Origin: Acidobacteriota bacterium
GTDB lineage: Bacteria > Acidobacteriota > Thermoanaerobaculia > Thermoanaerobaculales > Sulfomarinibacteraceae
DNA: 64,000 bases
Assembly: GCA_022340775.1 (NCBI GenBank)
Contig: JAJDNH010000029.1
Location: forward strand, 1,653 to 65,652
Reading direction: 5' to 3'
The position numbers were made by a program, and so were the translations under genes. Shown here piece after piece: positions 1 through 6,060 of this stretch. Position 1 is the stretch's first letter; the number at the start of each line of letters is the position of its first letter. The notes under the pieces are model-generated. The model saw only the letters and a program-made list of their open reading frames with translations, ran no database searches and had not been told where the DNA came from.

Positions 1-45
1 AAGCAACGTCGATGCGAGAGCCAGAATCAGCGCATGGATCTTCAC
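1..45 (-). CDS. 5' end of a secreted or lipoprotein gene running off the left window edge (partial)
   Basis: The minus strand has AGGAGGAGG at 50-58, then 4 nt, then GTG at 45-43. This reads M-K-I-H-A-L-I-L-A-L-A-S-T-L-L, a signal-peptide-like hydrophobic N-terminus. The frame stays open to position 1. Confidence 0.45.
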   Translation of the reverse strand, partial: MKIHALILALASTLL

Positions 46-96
46 CGTGTCCTCCTCCTATCGATTGCTTGCCGCCCGCCACCACGCCCTCGTTCT

Positions 97-217
97 GGGG
101 GTGGGTGGGGGAACATCTCCCGTTTCCCGTTTCCCGTCTTCCCGGGCAGGCGGGGGTCTCCGTTACTCCATCACTCCGTCACTCCGTCACTCCGTCACCG
201 GGCGGGCGGGTGGGCGG
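97..217. repeat. Composite intergenic repeat, copy A (G-tracts alternating with pyrimidine-rich short tandem repeats)
   Basis: G-tract at 97-111 (GGGGGTGGGTGGGGG). TCCCGTTT-like units at 117-143. G-tract at 144-156. Octamer array at 157-199 with three exact CACTCCGT copies at 172-195. G-tract at 200-217 (GGGCGGGCGGGTGGGCGG). The same module order and orientation recur at 17325-17403. Confidence 0.8.
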
Positions 218-412
218 TTCCTTCTCCACCTTCTCCCAGCACGACCAGCGGCAGTCCCACGGCTCCAGCATCGCGAGCCGGGGGTTGTCACAGTGGATCC
301 CGATCAGCTCGCGCCCCGACGCACCGCGCCTCCACTCGACCAGGAGGTGCGCCGTACGGGCCTCCTCGGGGCAGTAGATATTGAGCGTTTCGGTGACGGT
401 CTCGTCATTCAT
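179..412 (-). CDS. hypothetical small Cys-rich protein (77 aa)
   Basis: ORF MNDETVTETLNIYCPEEARTAHLLVEWRRGASGRELIGIHCDNPRLAMLEPWDCRWSCW... has four Cys and a non-junk composition. I do not recognise a family. The C-terminal tail and stop codon lie inside repeat copy A. Confidence 0.3.
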   Translation of the reverse strand: MNDETVTETLNIYCPEEARTAHLLVEWRRGASGRELIGIHCDNPRLAMLEPWDCRWSCWEKVEKEPPTRPPGDGVTE

Positions 413-574
413 CGCCGTCCTCCCCTGCACTGGTGTTCCTCCTCACGATAGTAGAACCTCACGCCACCGGCAACGCAAGCGCTCGGAATATCCCTCGCCA
501 CACTCGCGCTGCGGTATAACGGTGCGCAGGCCCGAGCCGGCCAGCGGCGCCGGATCCTGCTGGGGGAGGACACC

Positions 575-1630
575 GTGAACAAGACCATGACCACTGCGAG
601 CCTCGTTCTTGCTATGCTCGTCGCCACACTTGGCACCGCCGACGGAGGCACTCCTGCGGAAAAGGGGAAGGCCGTACCGAGCCCGGAGCGCTCGGTCATC
701 GAGCTTCCCGGCGGCGGCGGCAGGATCGGCTTCGACGACGTGGGCTACTCGAAGACGCTGAAGCGAATACTGCTGCCCGGCGGGCGAACCGGCAAGCTCG
801 ACCTCATCGATCCCGCCTCTGGCGCAGTGACTGCCATCACGGGCTTCAGCACCGCTCCGGCCTCCAGCCGCCACGGCGGCGGCATCACGTCGGTGGACCA
901 GGGTGGCGGCTTCCTGTTCGTATCCGACCGCACCGCCCGCACCGTGGACGTCGTCGACGCCGCCACACGGAAGATCGTGACCCACGCCTCCCTGGCCGGC
1001 GGCCCGGACTACGTGCGCTTCGTGGGCCCGACTCGCGAGCTGTGGGTGACCGAGCCGCACGAAGCACGGATCGAGGTCCTCGGCCTGCCGCCCGGAAAGG
1101 CGCCGGTGCCGTTCCACCAGACGTTCATCACGGTCCCCGGAGGACCCGAGTCGCTGGTCGTCGACGCCTCCCGTGGCCTGGCCTACACCAACCTGTGGCG
1201 GAACCAGACGCTGGCCATCGACCTGAAAAAGCAGTCCATCGTTTCTCGCTGGATCAACGGCTGCGCCGCGTCTCGCGGCCTGGCGCTCGATCGCGGCTCC
1301 AACCTGTTGTTCGTGGGTTGTGCCGAGGGCGGCGCTACCGTCCTCGACCTCGCTCACGGCGGCAAGGTCGTCGACACCGCGAAAGCCGGTGAGGGGGTCG
1401 ACATCATCGACTTCTCGCCGGTTCTCCGCCACCTCTACGTTCCCGGCGGACGCAGCGGAACCCTCTCCATCCTCGGGGTTTCCCCCGCCGGCAAGCTGAC
1501 GCTGCTCGGCGAGGTGGCCGCGGCAAAGGGGGTCCACGGCGTTGCCGCCGCCGATGGCAAGGCCTTCGTCCCCGACCCGGAGAACGGCCGCCTCCTGGTC
1601 TTCACCGACCCCTATCCCCGGACACGCTAA
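575..1630 (+). CDS. secreted beta-propeller repeat protein (YncE/YVTN-like)
   Basis: GTG start follows GGAGGA at 565-570. The N-terminal signal peptide is TASLVLAMLVATLGTADG. Repeated strand-rich segments are present (GGPDYVRF, GGPESLVVD, SRGLALD, LYVPGG). Confidence 0.6.
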   Translation: MNKTMTTASLVLAMLVATLGTADGGTPAEKGKAVPSPERSVIELPGGGGRIGFDDVGYSKTLKRILLPGGRTGKLDLIDPASGAVTAITGFSTAPASSRHGGGITSVDQGGGFLFVSDRTARTVDVVDAATRKIVTHASLAGGPDYVRFVGPTRELWVTEPHEARIEVLGLPPGKAPVPFHQTFITVPGGPESLVVDASRGLAYTNLWRNQTLAIDLKKQSIVSRWINGCAASRGLALDRGSNLLFVGCAEGGATVLDLAHGGKVVDTAKAGEGVDIIDFSPVLRHLYVPGGRSGTLSILGVSPAGKLTLLGEVAAAKGVHGVAAADGKAFVPDPENGRLLVFTDPYPRTR

Positions 1631-2988
1631 CTGATCTGGTGGCGCTTCATCTTGCGCCACAGGGTGTTGCGGGAGATCCCGAGGTCCTGTGCCGCACGTG
1701 TGCGGTTGCCGGCGTGACGGTCGAGCGCCTCGCGGATAGCCGCCGCCTCCGCCGCCTCCAGCGGGTTCGCCGTGGCGCCCGGGGGAGGTGGTGAGGCCAG
1801 CGAGCCACCCTGGATGTGGGGGGGCAGGTCGTCGCGGCCGATGATGCTGCCGCCGCACACCACGAAGGCGTGCTCGATGGCGTTCTCGAGCTCGCGCACG
1901 TTGCCCGGAAAGTGGTAGCGCATCAGCACGCCCATGGCTCGCTCCGAGATGCCGCCGATCCGTCTCCCCTGGAGGGCGTTGAAGCGCGAGATGAAGTGCT
2001 CGACGAGGAGTGGGATGTCCTCGGTACGAGAGCGCAGCGGCGGCACCGACAGCCTGACCACGTTGAGCCTGAAGTACAGATCCTGGCGGAAGCGGCCTGC
2101 CATGACCTCCAGTGACAGGTCGCGGTTGGTCGCCGCAACGACCCGGACATCGGCCTTGACCGGGTGCGTGGCGCCGAGAGGGGTGAACTCGCGCTCCTGA
2201 AGCACCCGCAGCAGCTTGACCTGAGCCGCGGGCGAGAGCTCACCGACCTCGTCCAGCAGGAGCGTTCCGCCCGCCGCCACAGCGAACCGCCCCGCCCGGT
2301 CCTGGTACGCGTCGGTGAACGCCCCCCGAACGTGGCCGAACAGCTCCGACTCGACCAGCGTCTCCGGAATCGCCCCGCAGTTGACGGCCACGAACGGCCC
2401 GGCCCGACGCGGCCCGAGGTTGTGGATGGCGCGGGCAATCAGCTCCTTGCCGGTGCCGGGCTCGCCCTCGATCAGGACCGTGCTAACGCTGTTGGCCACC
2501 AACGGTAGCAGCTCGCGCAGGTTCCGCATCCCGGGGCTCTTGGTGATAATGTCCTCGAGCGTGTAAGAGGCCTCCAGGGTGCGCCTGAGCATGGCCAGGT
2601 CGGACAGGTCGCGGAACATCTCCACGCCGCCGACCACCCGCCCCCCCTCGTCACGGAGCGCGGCCGTGCTCACCGCCACCGGCAGCTCCCGCCCGTCGCG
2701 GCGCACGATCCGCACCTCACGGTCGCGGTAGGCGGTGCCGCCTTCGATGCTGTTGAACAGGAAGCACGAGCCCTGGCAGTGGTTGCTGCGCAGGACCTTG
2801 CTGCACAGAAGACCCACCACCTGGTCGCGGCGCCAGCCGGTAATCTCCTCGGCAGCGTGATTGAACGAGGTAATCCGGCCATCCGCGTCGACAGTGAAGA
2901 TGCCGTGCGGCACGTGCTCGAAGATGAGAGCGTTGTAGCGGGGATCGAGGGGCATGTTCATGATATCAATGTGAGGCTTCTGCTCCAA
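1627..2988 (-). CDS. sigma54-dependent transcriptional activator with N-terminal PAS domain
   Basis: PAS segment FTVDADGRITSFNHAAEEITGW. AAA+ Walker A GEPGTGKELIARAIH. The sigma54-contact loop reads GAFTDA. C-terminal Fis-type HTH AAQDLGISRNTLWRKMKRH. Confidence 0.9.
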   Translation of the reverse strand: MEQKPHIDIMNMPLDPRYNALIFEHVPHGIFTVDADGRITSFNHAAEEITGWRRDQVVGLLCSKVLRSNHCQGSCFLFNSIEGGTAYRDREVRIVRRDGRELPVAVSTAALRDEGGRVVGGVEMFRDLSDLAMLRRTLEASYTLEDIITKSPGMRNLRELLPLVANSVSTVLIEGEPGTGKELIARAIHNLGPRRAGPFVAVNCGAIPETLVESELFGHVRGAFTDAYQDRAGRFAVAAGGTLLLDEVGELSPAAQVKLLRVLQEREFTPLGATHPVKADVRVVAATNRDLSLEVMAGRFRQDLYFRLNVVRLSVPPLRSRTEDIPLLVEHFISRFNALQGRRIGGISERAMGVLMRYHFPGNVRELENAIEHAFVVCGGSIIGRDDLPPHIQGGSLASPPPPGATANPLEAAEAAAIREALDRHAGNRTRAAQDLGISRNTLWRKMKRHQIS

Positions 2989-3011
2989 AATTGCAACATG
3001 TCACGGAACAG

Positions 3012-3031
3012 TTGTCACGATCTCGCGACAA
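3012..3031. promoter_or_regulatory. candidate enhancer (UAS) inverted repeat TTGTC-N10-GACAA
   Basis: The sequence TTGTCACGATCTCGCGACAA is centred about 110 bp upstream of the predicted sigma54 transcription start. It lies between the divergent activator gene and the redox operon. Confidence 0.3.
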
Positions 3032-3105
3032 CCGACTCTTGTCCCGCAACAGTCTCTTCCCCCAACTGATTCAGCCACAGTGAGTTCCCGTTTCGGTCCC
3101 GAGGA

Positions 3106-3120
3106 TGGCACACGGTTTGC
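3106..3120 (+). promoter_or_regulatory. sigma54 -24/-12 promoter (TGGCAC-N5-TTGC)
   Basis: TGGCACacggtTTGC has exact GG-N10-GC spacing. A sigma54 activator gene lies immediately divergent. The first operon gene follows, with GGAGG at 3156-3160 and ATG at 3171. Confidence 0.6.
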
Positions 3121-3170
3121 CTTGGACCACGGCGACAGGCATGCGCCCGGCGCACGGAGGAATACACCCA

Positions 3171-4565
3171 ATGGCGATTGAATGCTCGTACTACCTCGAA
3201 CCGGTCGACACTACCGACCTGCCGCGCCGCTTCCTGGAGGCGTTCGCTGCCATTCTCACTCATTCGAACTACGCGATGGCCCTCGACGCCGCGTCTCGCG
3301 TCAGCGCTCGCTGCGGTCGCTGCGCCTCGACCTGCCCCGTGTATCAGGCCAGCAACGACCCGCGCGACATCCCGTGCCTGCGCTCCGAGCTGGTGCTCAA
3401 CGTGTACCGTCGCTACTTCACGCCCGGTGGCGCCCTTTCCACGCGCCTCGGTTCCGGCTTCGAGATCGACGAGGCCTACATCAACACCATGGCCGAGGAG
3501 CTGTACCGCTGCACCGCGTGCCGCCGCTGCAAGCTCGAGTGCCCGATGGGCATCGACCACGGCCTCATCACTCACCTCGGCCGCTGGCTGCTGGCCGAGG
3601 TCGGGATCGTTCCCAAGGCGCTGCGGGTGGCGACCCGTGAGCAGCTGGAGGGCAAGACCAACAACACGTCGGCCATTCCGGCCGCCGCACTCATCGACAC
3701 CTGCGAGTTCCTGGAGGAGGACTGCGTCGACCTCCACGGCTTCAAGATCCACTTCCCCATCGACCAGGAGGACGCCGAGTACATCTTCTTCCCGGCGGTC
3801 AGCGACTACCTGCTCGAGCCCGACACGTTGATGGGCAACGCCGCCGTCATGACCGCCACCAACGCCTCGTGGACGATCGGCACACGCTACTTCGACGGCA
3901 TCAACTACGGTCTCTTCTACTCCGACCGCATGCTCGACCGCATCGTCAACATGGAGGTCGAGGAGCTCAAGCGGCTCAAGGCCCGCACCGTGCTGATCGG
4001 CGAGTGCGGCCACGCGTCGCGCTCCGCCAAGGCGTTCATCCGCACCTTCTGCGGCGGCAACCAGGCGCCCGAGGTGATCAACTGCATGGAGTACGCCCTG
4101 CGCATGGTCAACGAGGGACGGCTGGAGCTGCGCAAGGGCGCCATCGACGCCCGCGTGACCTACCACGACCCCTGCAACATCGCCCGCACGGGGTGGATCA
4201 TCGAGCAGCCGCGCGAGATCCTCCGTCACATTGCGACCGACTTCGTCGACATGACGCCGCACGGCCGCGAGAACTACTGCTGCGGCGGCGGCGGCGGCAC
4301 CGTCTCGATCGACGAGATCCGCTCCTTCCGCACCGGCGTCGGCGGGCGGACCAAGGCCGAGCAGATCCGGAGAACCGGAGCCACGATCCTGGTTTCGCCG
4401 TGCGCGAACTGCAAGAAGCAGCTGCGGGAGGTGTGCGAGGACAACGACCTCGAGCACGTGCAGGTCGTCGGCCTGCACGACCTCATCCTGAAGGCCATCG
4501 TCCCGCCCGCCGAGATGCGGGTCGAGAAGCAACCGGACCCCGAGTCAGAACCGGCCGGCTCATAG
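3171..4565 (+). CDS. HdrD/DsrK/HmcF-like iron-sulfur CCG-domain oxidoreductase subunit (cytoplasmic)
   Basis: Ferredoxin-type motifs CGRCASTCPVY and CTACRRCKLECPMG. Cys-rich CCG-type motifs YHDPCNIAR, NYCCGGGGG and SPCANCKKQ. No signal peptide. I prefer the ATG at 3171 (RBS GGAGG) to the ORF-track ATG at 3105, which overlaps the sigma54 promoter. Confidence 0.8.
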   Translation: MAIECSYYLEPVDTTDLPRRFLEAFAAILTHSNYAMALDAASRVSARCGRCASTCPVYQASNDPRDIPCLRSELVLNVYRRYFTPGGALSTRLGSGFEIDEAYINTMAEELYRCTACRRCKLECPMGIDHGLITHLGRWLLAEVGIVPKALRVATREQLEGKTNNTSAIPAAALIDTCEFLEEDCVDLHGFKIHFPIDQEDAEYIFFPAVSDYLLEPDTLMGNAAVMTATNASWTIGTRYFDGINYGLFYSDRMLDRIVNMEVEELKRLKARTVLIGECGHASRSAKAFIRTFCGGNQAPEVINCMEYALRMVNEGRLELRKGAIDARVTYHDPCNIARTGWIIEQPREILRHIATDFVDMTPHGRENYCCGGGGGTVSIDEIRSFRTGVGGRTKAEQIRRTGATILVSPCANCKKQLREVCEDNDLEHVQVVGLHDLILKAIVPPAEMRVEKQPDPESEPAGS

Positions 4566-4573
4566 GAGGCATC

Positions 4574-5275
4574 GTGGACACCTGGATCGAGCTCGCACGC
4601 GGACCGCTCTTCCGCATCGCCCTGGCCGCCCTGCTCATCGGCCTCGCCTACCGCCTCGGCTCGGCGGCAAGCCAGGTGATCCTGGCCTGGCGCCGTGCAG
4701 GAGACCGCCAGCTCCCCCTGCGCAGCGTGGTGACCGCAACCCTGTCCTGGCTGCTCCCCGTGCGGCTGCTCCGGCAACGGCCGCTGTACGGCATCGCGTC
4801 GCTGCTCTTTCACGTCAGCATCATCGCGTTACCGCTCTTTCTGGCCGGCCACGTGGTCCTGGTTCAGCCGTCGTTGCCGTTTGCATGGCCCCGGCTTCCG
4901 GGCGGCGTCGCCGACACCCTGTCGGTGGTGGCGTTCCTGGCCCTCGGCGCGGTCCTCGTCGGCCGGCTGGCCGTTCGCACCGCGCGCGTCCTGACCCGCT
5001 TTCAGGATGTCGCGGTGCTTGCCCTGCTGCTGTTTCTCGTCGGTTTCGGCTTCCTCGCCGCTCACCCGGCGCTGTCGCCGTTTCCGGCGCGCACCATGCT
5101 CCTGCTCCATATCCTGGCCGGCGATCTGGCCCTGGCCCTCACTCCGGTGACCAAGATCGCCCACTGCATCGTCTACCCGTTCACCCAGCTCATCTTCGAG
5201 CTGGCATGGCACTTCCCCGCCGACAGCGGCCGCCACGTGGTGACCGCCCTGGGTAAGGAGGGTGAGCCCGTATGA
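4574..5275 (+). CDS. NarI/DsrM/HmcE-like integral membrane cytochrome b subunit
   Basis: GTG at 4574 follows AGGAGG at 4564-4569. About five hydrophobic helices carry conserved-looking His residues (FHVSIIALPLFLAGH, LLLHILAGD, KIAHC). It lies in the frame of ORF 3869..5275. Confidence 0.65.
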   Translation: MDTWIELARGPLFRIALAALLIGLAYRLGSAASQVILAWRRAGDRQLPLRSVVTATLSWLLPVRLLRQRPLYGIASLLFHVSIIALPLFLAGHVVLVQPSLPFAWPRLPGGVADTLSVVAFLALGAVLVGRLAVRTARVLTRFQDVAVLALLLFLVGFGFLAAHPALSPFPARTMLLLHILAGDLALALTPVTKIAHCIVYPFTQLIFELAWHFPADSGRHVVTALGKEGEPV

Positions 5276-6060
5276 AGCACTTTGCGATCCTCACCGACGT
5301 CACGCGCTGCATCGGCTGCGAGGCGTGCGTCGAAGCTTGCCAGAAGACCAACGGCACCGGCGACGATGCACCGCATCGATGGCAGCCCGATCCCAACGCC
5401 CTGTCATCGAGCCGCTGGACCACCCTCGCCCACACCCGGGAGGGGCGGTTCGTCCGCGTCCACTGCCGGCACTGCCTCGACCCGTCCTGCGTTGCGGCGT
5501 GTCCGGTCGGCGCCATGCGCCGAACGCCGCAGGGGGCAGTGGTCTACGACCCGGAAATCTGTATGGGGTGCCGCTACTGCATGATCGCCTGCCCGTTCCG
5601 GATGACGCGGTACGAGTGGAGCTCCGCAGTGCCGAAGGTCCGCAAGTGCATCCTCTGCTACCAGAAGGTCATGTCCGGCGAGCTCGAGCAGCCGGCGTGC
5701 ACCGCGGCGTGTCCGACGAAGGCAACCGTGTTCGGCGAGCGCGAGGCGCTGCTGGCCGAGGCACGACGGCGCCTGGCTGCCGAGCCCGAACGCTACATCC
5801 AGCACATTTGGGGTGAGCACGAGGTGGGCGGCACGTCGGTTCTCTACCTGTCCGACGTTCCGCTGGACGAGGCTGGCTGGCCGCGCACCCTCGGCGACCA
5901 CCCTCGCCCCAAGCTGGCCCGCGAGGTGCTCGGCACGGTGCCGTGGACCTTCGCCGGCGTCGCCGTCGCCTGCTATGGCGTCCACTGGACCCTGGACCGC
6001 CGCCGCAAGGTTGCAGCGGCCGAGCACTCCCACGAGGACGAGGATGGAGGCGAACAGTGA
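5272..6060 (+). CDS. 4x[4Fe-4S] ferredoxin-type subunit (HybA/DsrO/HmcB/NrfC-like) with C-terminal TM helix
   Basis: Four Cys clusters: CIGCEACVEAC, CRHCLDPSCVAAC, CMGCRYCMIAC and CILC...CTAAC. C-terminal hydrophobic helix VPWTFAGVAVACYGVHW. ATGA overlap with the upstream gene. No twin-arginine signal is possible because an in-frame TGA sits at 5263. Confidence 0.85.
   Translation: MKHFAILTDVTRCIGCEACVEACQKTNGTGDDAPHRWQPDPNALSSSRWTTLAHTREGRFVRVHCRHCLDPSCVAACPVGAMRRTPQGAVVYDPEICMGCRYCMIACPFRMTRYEWSSAVPKVRKCILCYQKVMSGELEQPACTAACPTKATVFGEREALLAEARRRLAAEPERYIQHIWGEHEVGGTSVLYLSDVPLDEAGWPRTLGDHPRPKLAREVLGTVPWTFAGVAVACYGVHWTLDRRRKVAAAEHSHEDEDGGEQ

Noticed and set aside
157-199. Tandem CACTCCGT octamers considered as a CRISPR array or coding repeat.
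   Set aside because: The period is only 8 nt, there are no spacers and no cas genes. This is a microsatellite-like module of a dispersed repeat.
443-1858. A 471-aa minus-strand ORF antisense to the beta-propeller gene.
   Set aside because: It is Arg/Gly/Pro/Ala-rich and low-complexity with no motif. It is a typical stop-free antisense frame in GC-rich DNA, and the plus-strand gene has a signal peptide, an RBS and repeat structure.
3105-3170. The ORF-track start ATG at 3105 for the HdrD-like gene.
   Set aside because: It overlaps the sigma54 -24 element and would lie upstream of the predicted transcription start. ATG 3171 has a GGAGG RBS. This remains a prediction.
3015-4532. A 505-aa antisense ORF opposite the HdrD-like gene. 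Similar long antisense ORFs lie at 14990-16189, 36686-38356, 41211-42467, 44687-45925 and 45666-46775.
   Set aside because: In each case the opposite strand carries a gene with clear family motifs. The antisense translations are compositionally biased with no recognisable domains.
5943-6056. An N-terminal extension of the NrfD-like ORF (684-aa version) overlapping the ferredoxin gene.
   Set aside because: The extension is Arg/Pro-rich and lies inside the preceding gene. GTG 6057 gives the GTGA coupling seen elsewhere in the operon and starts just before the first TM helix.
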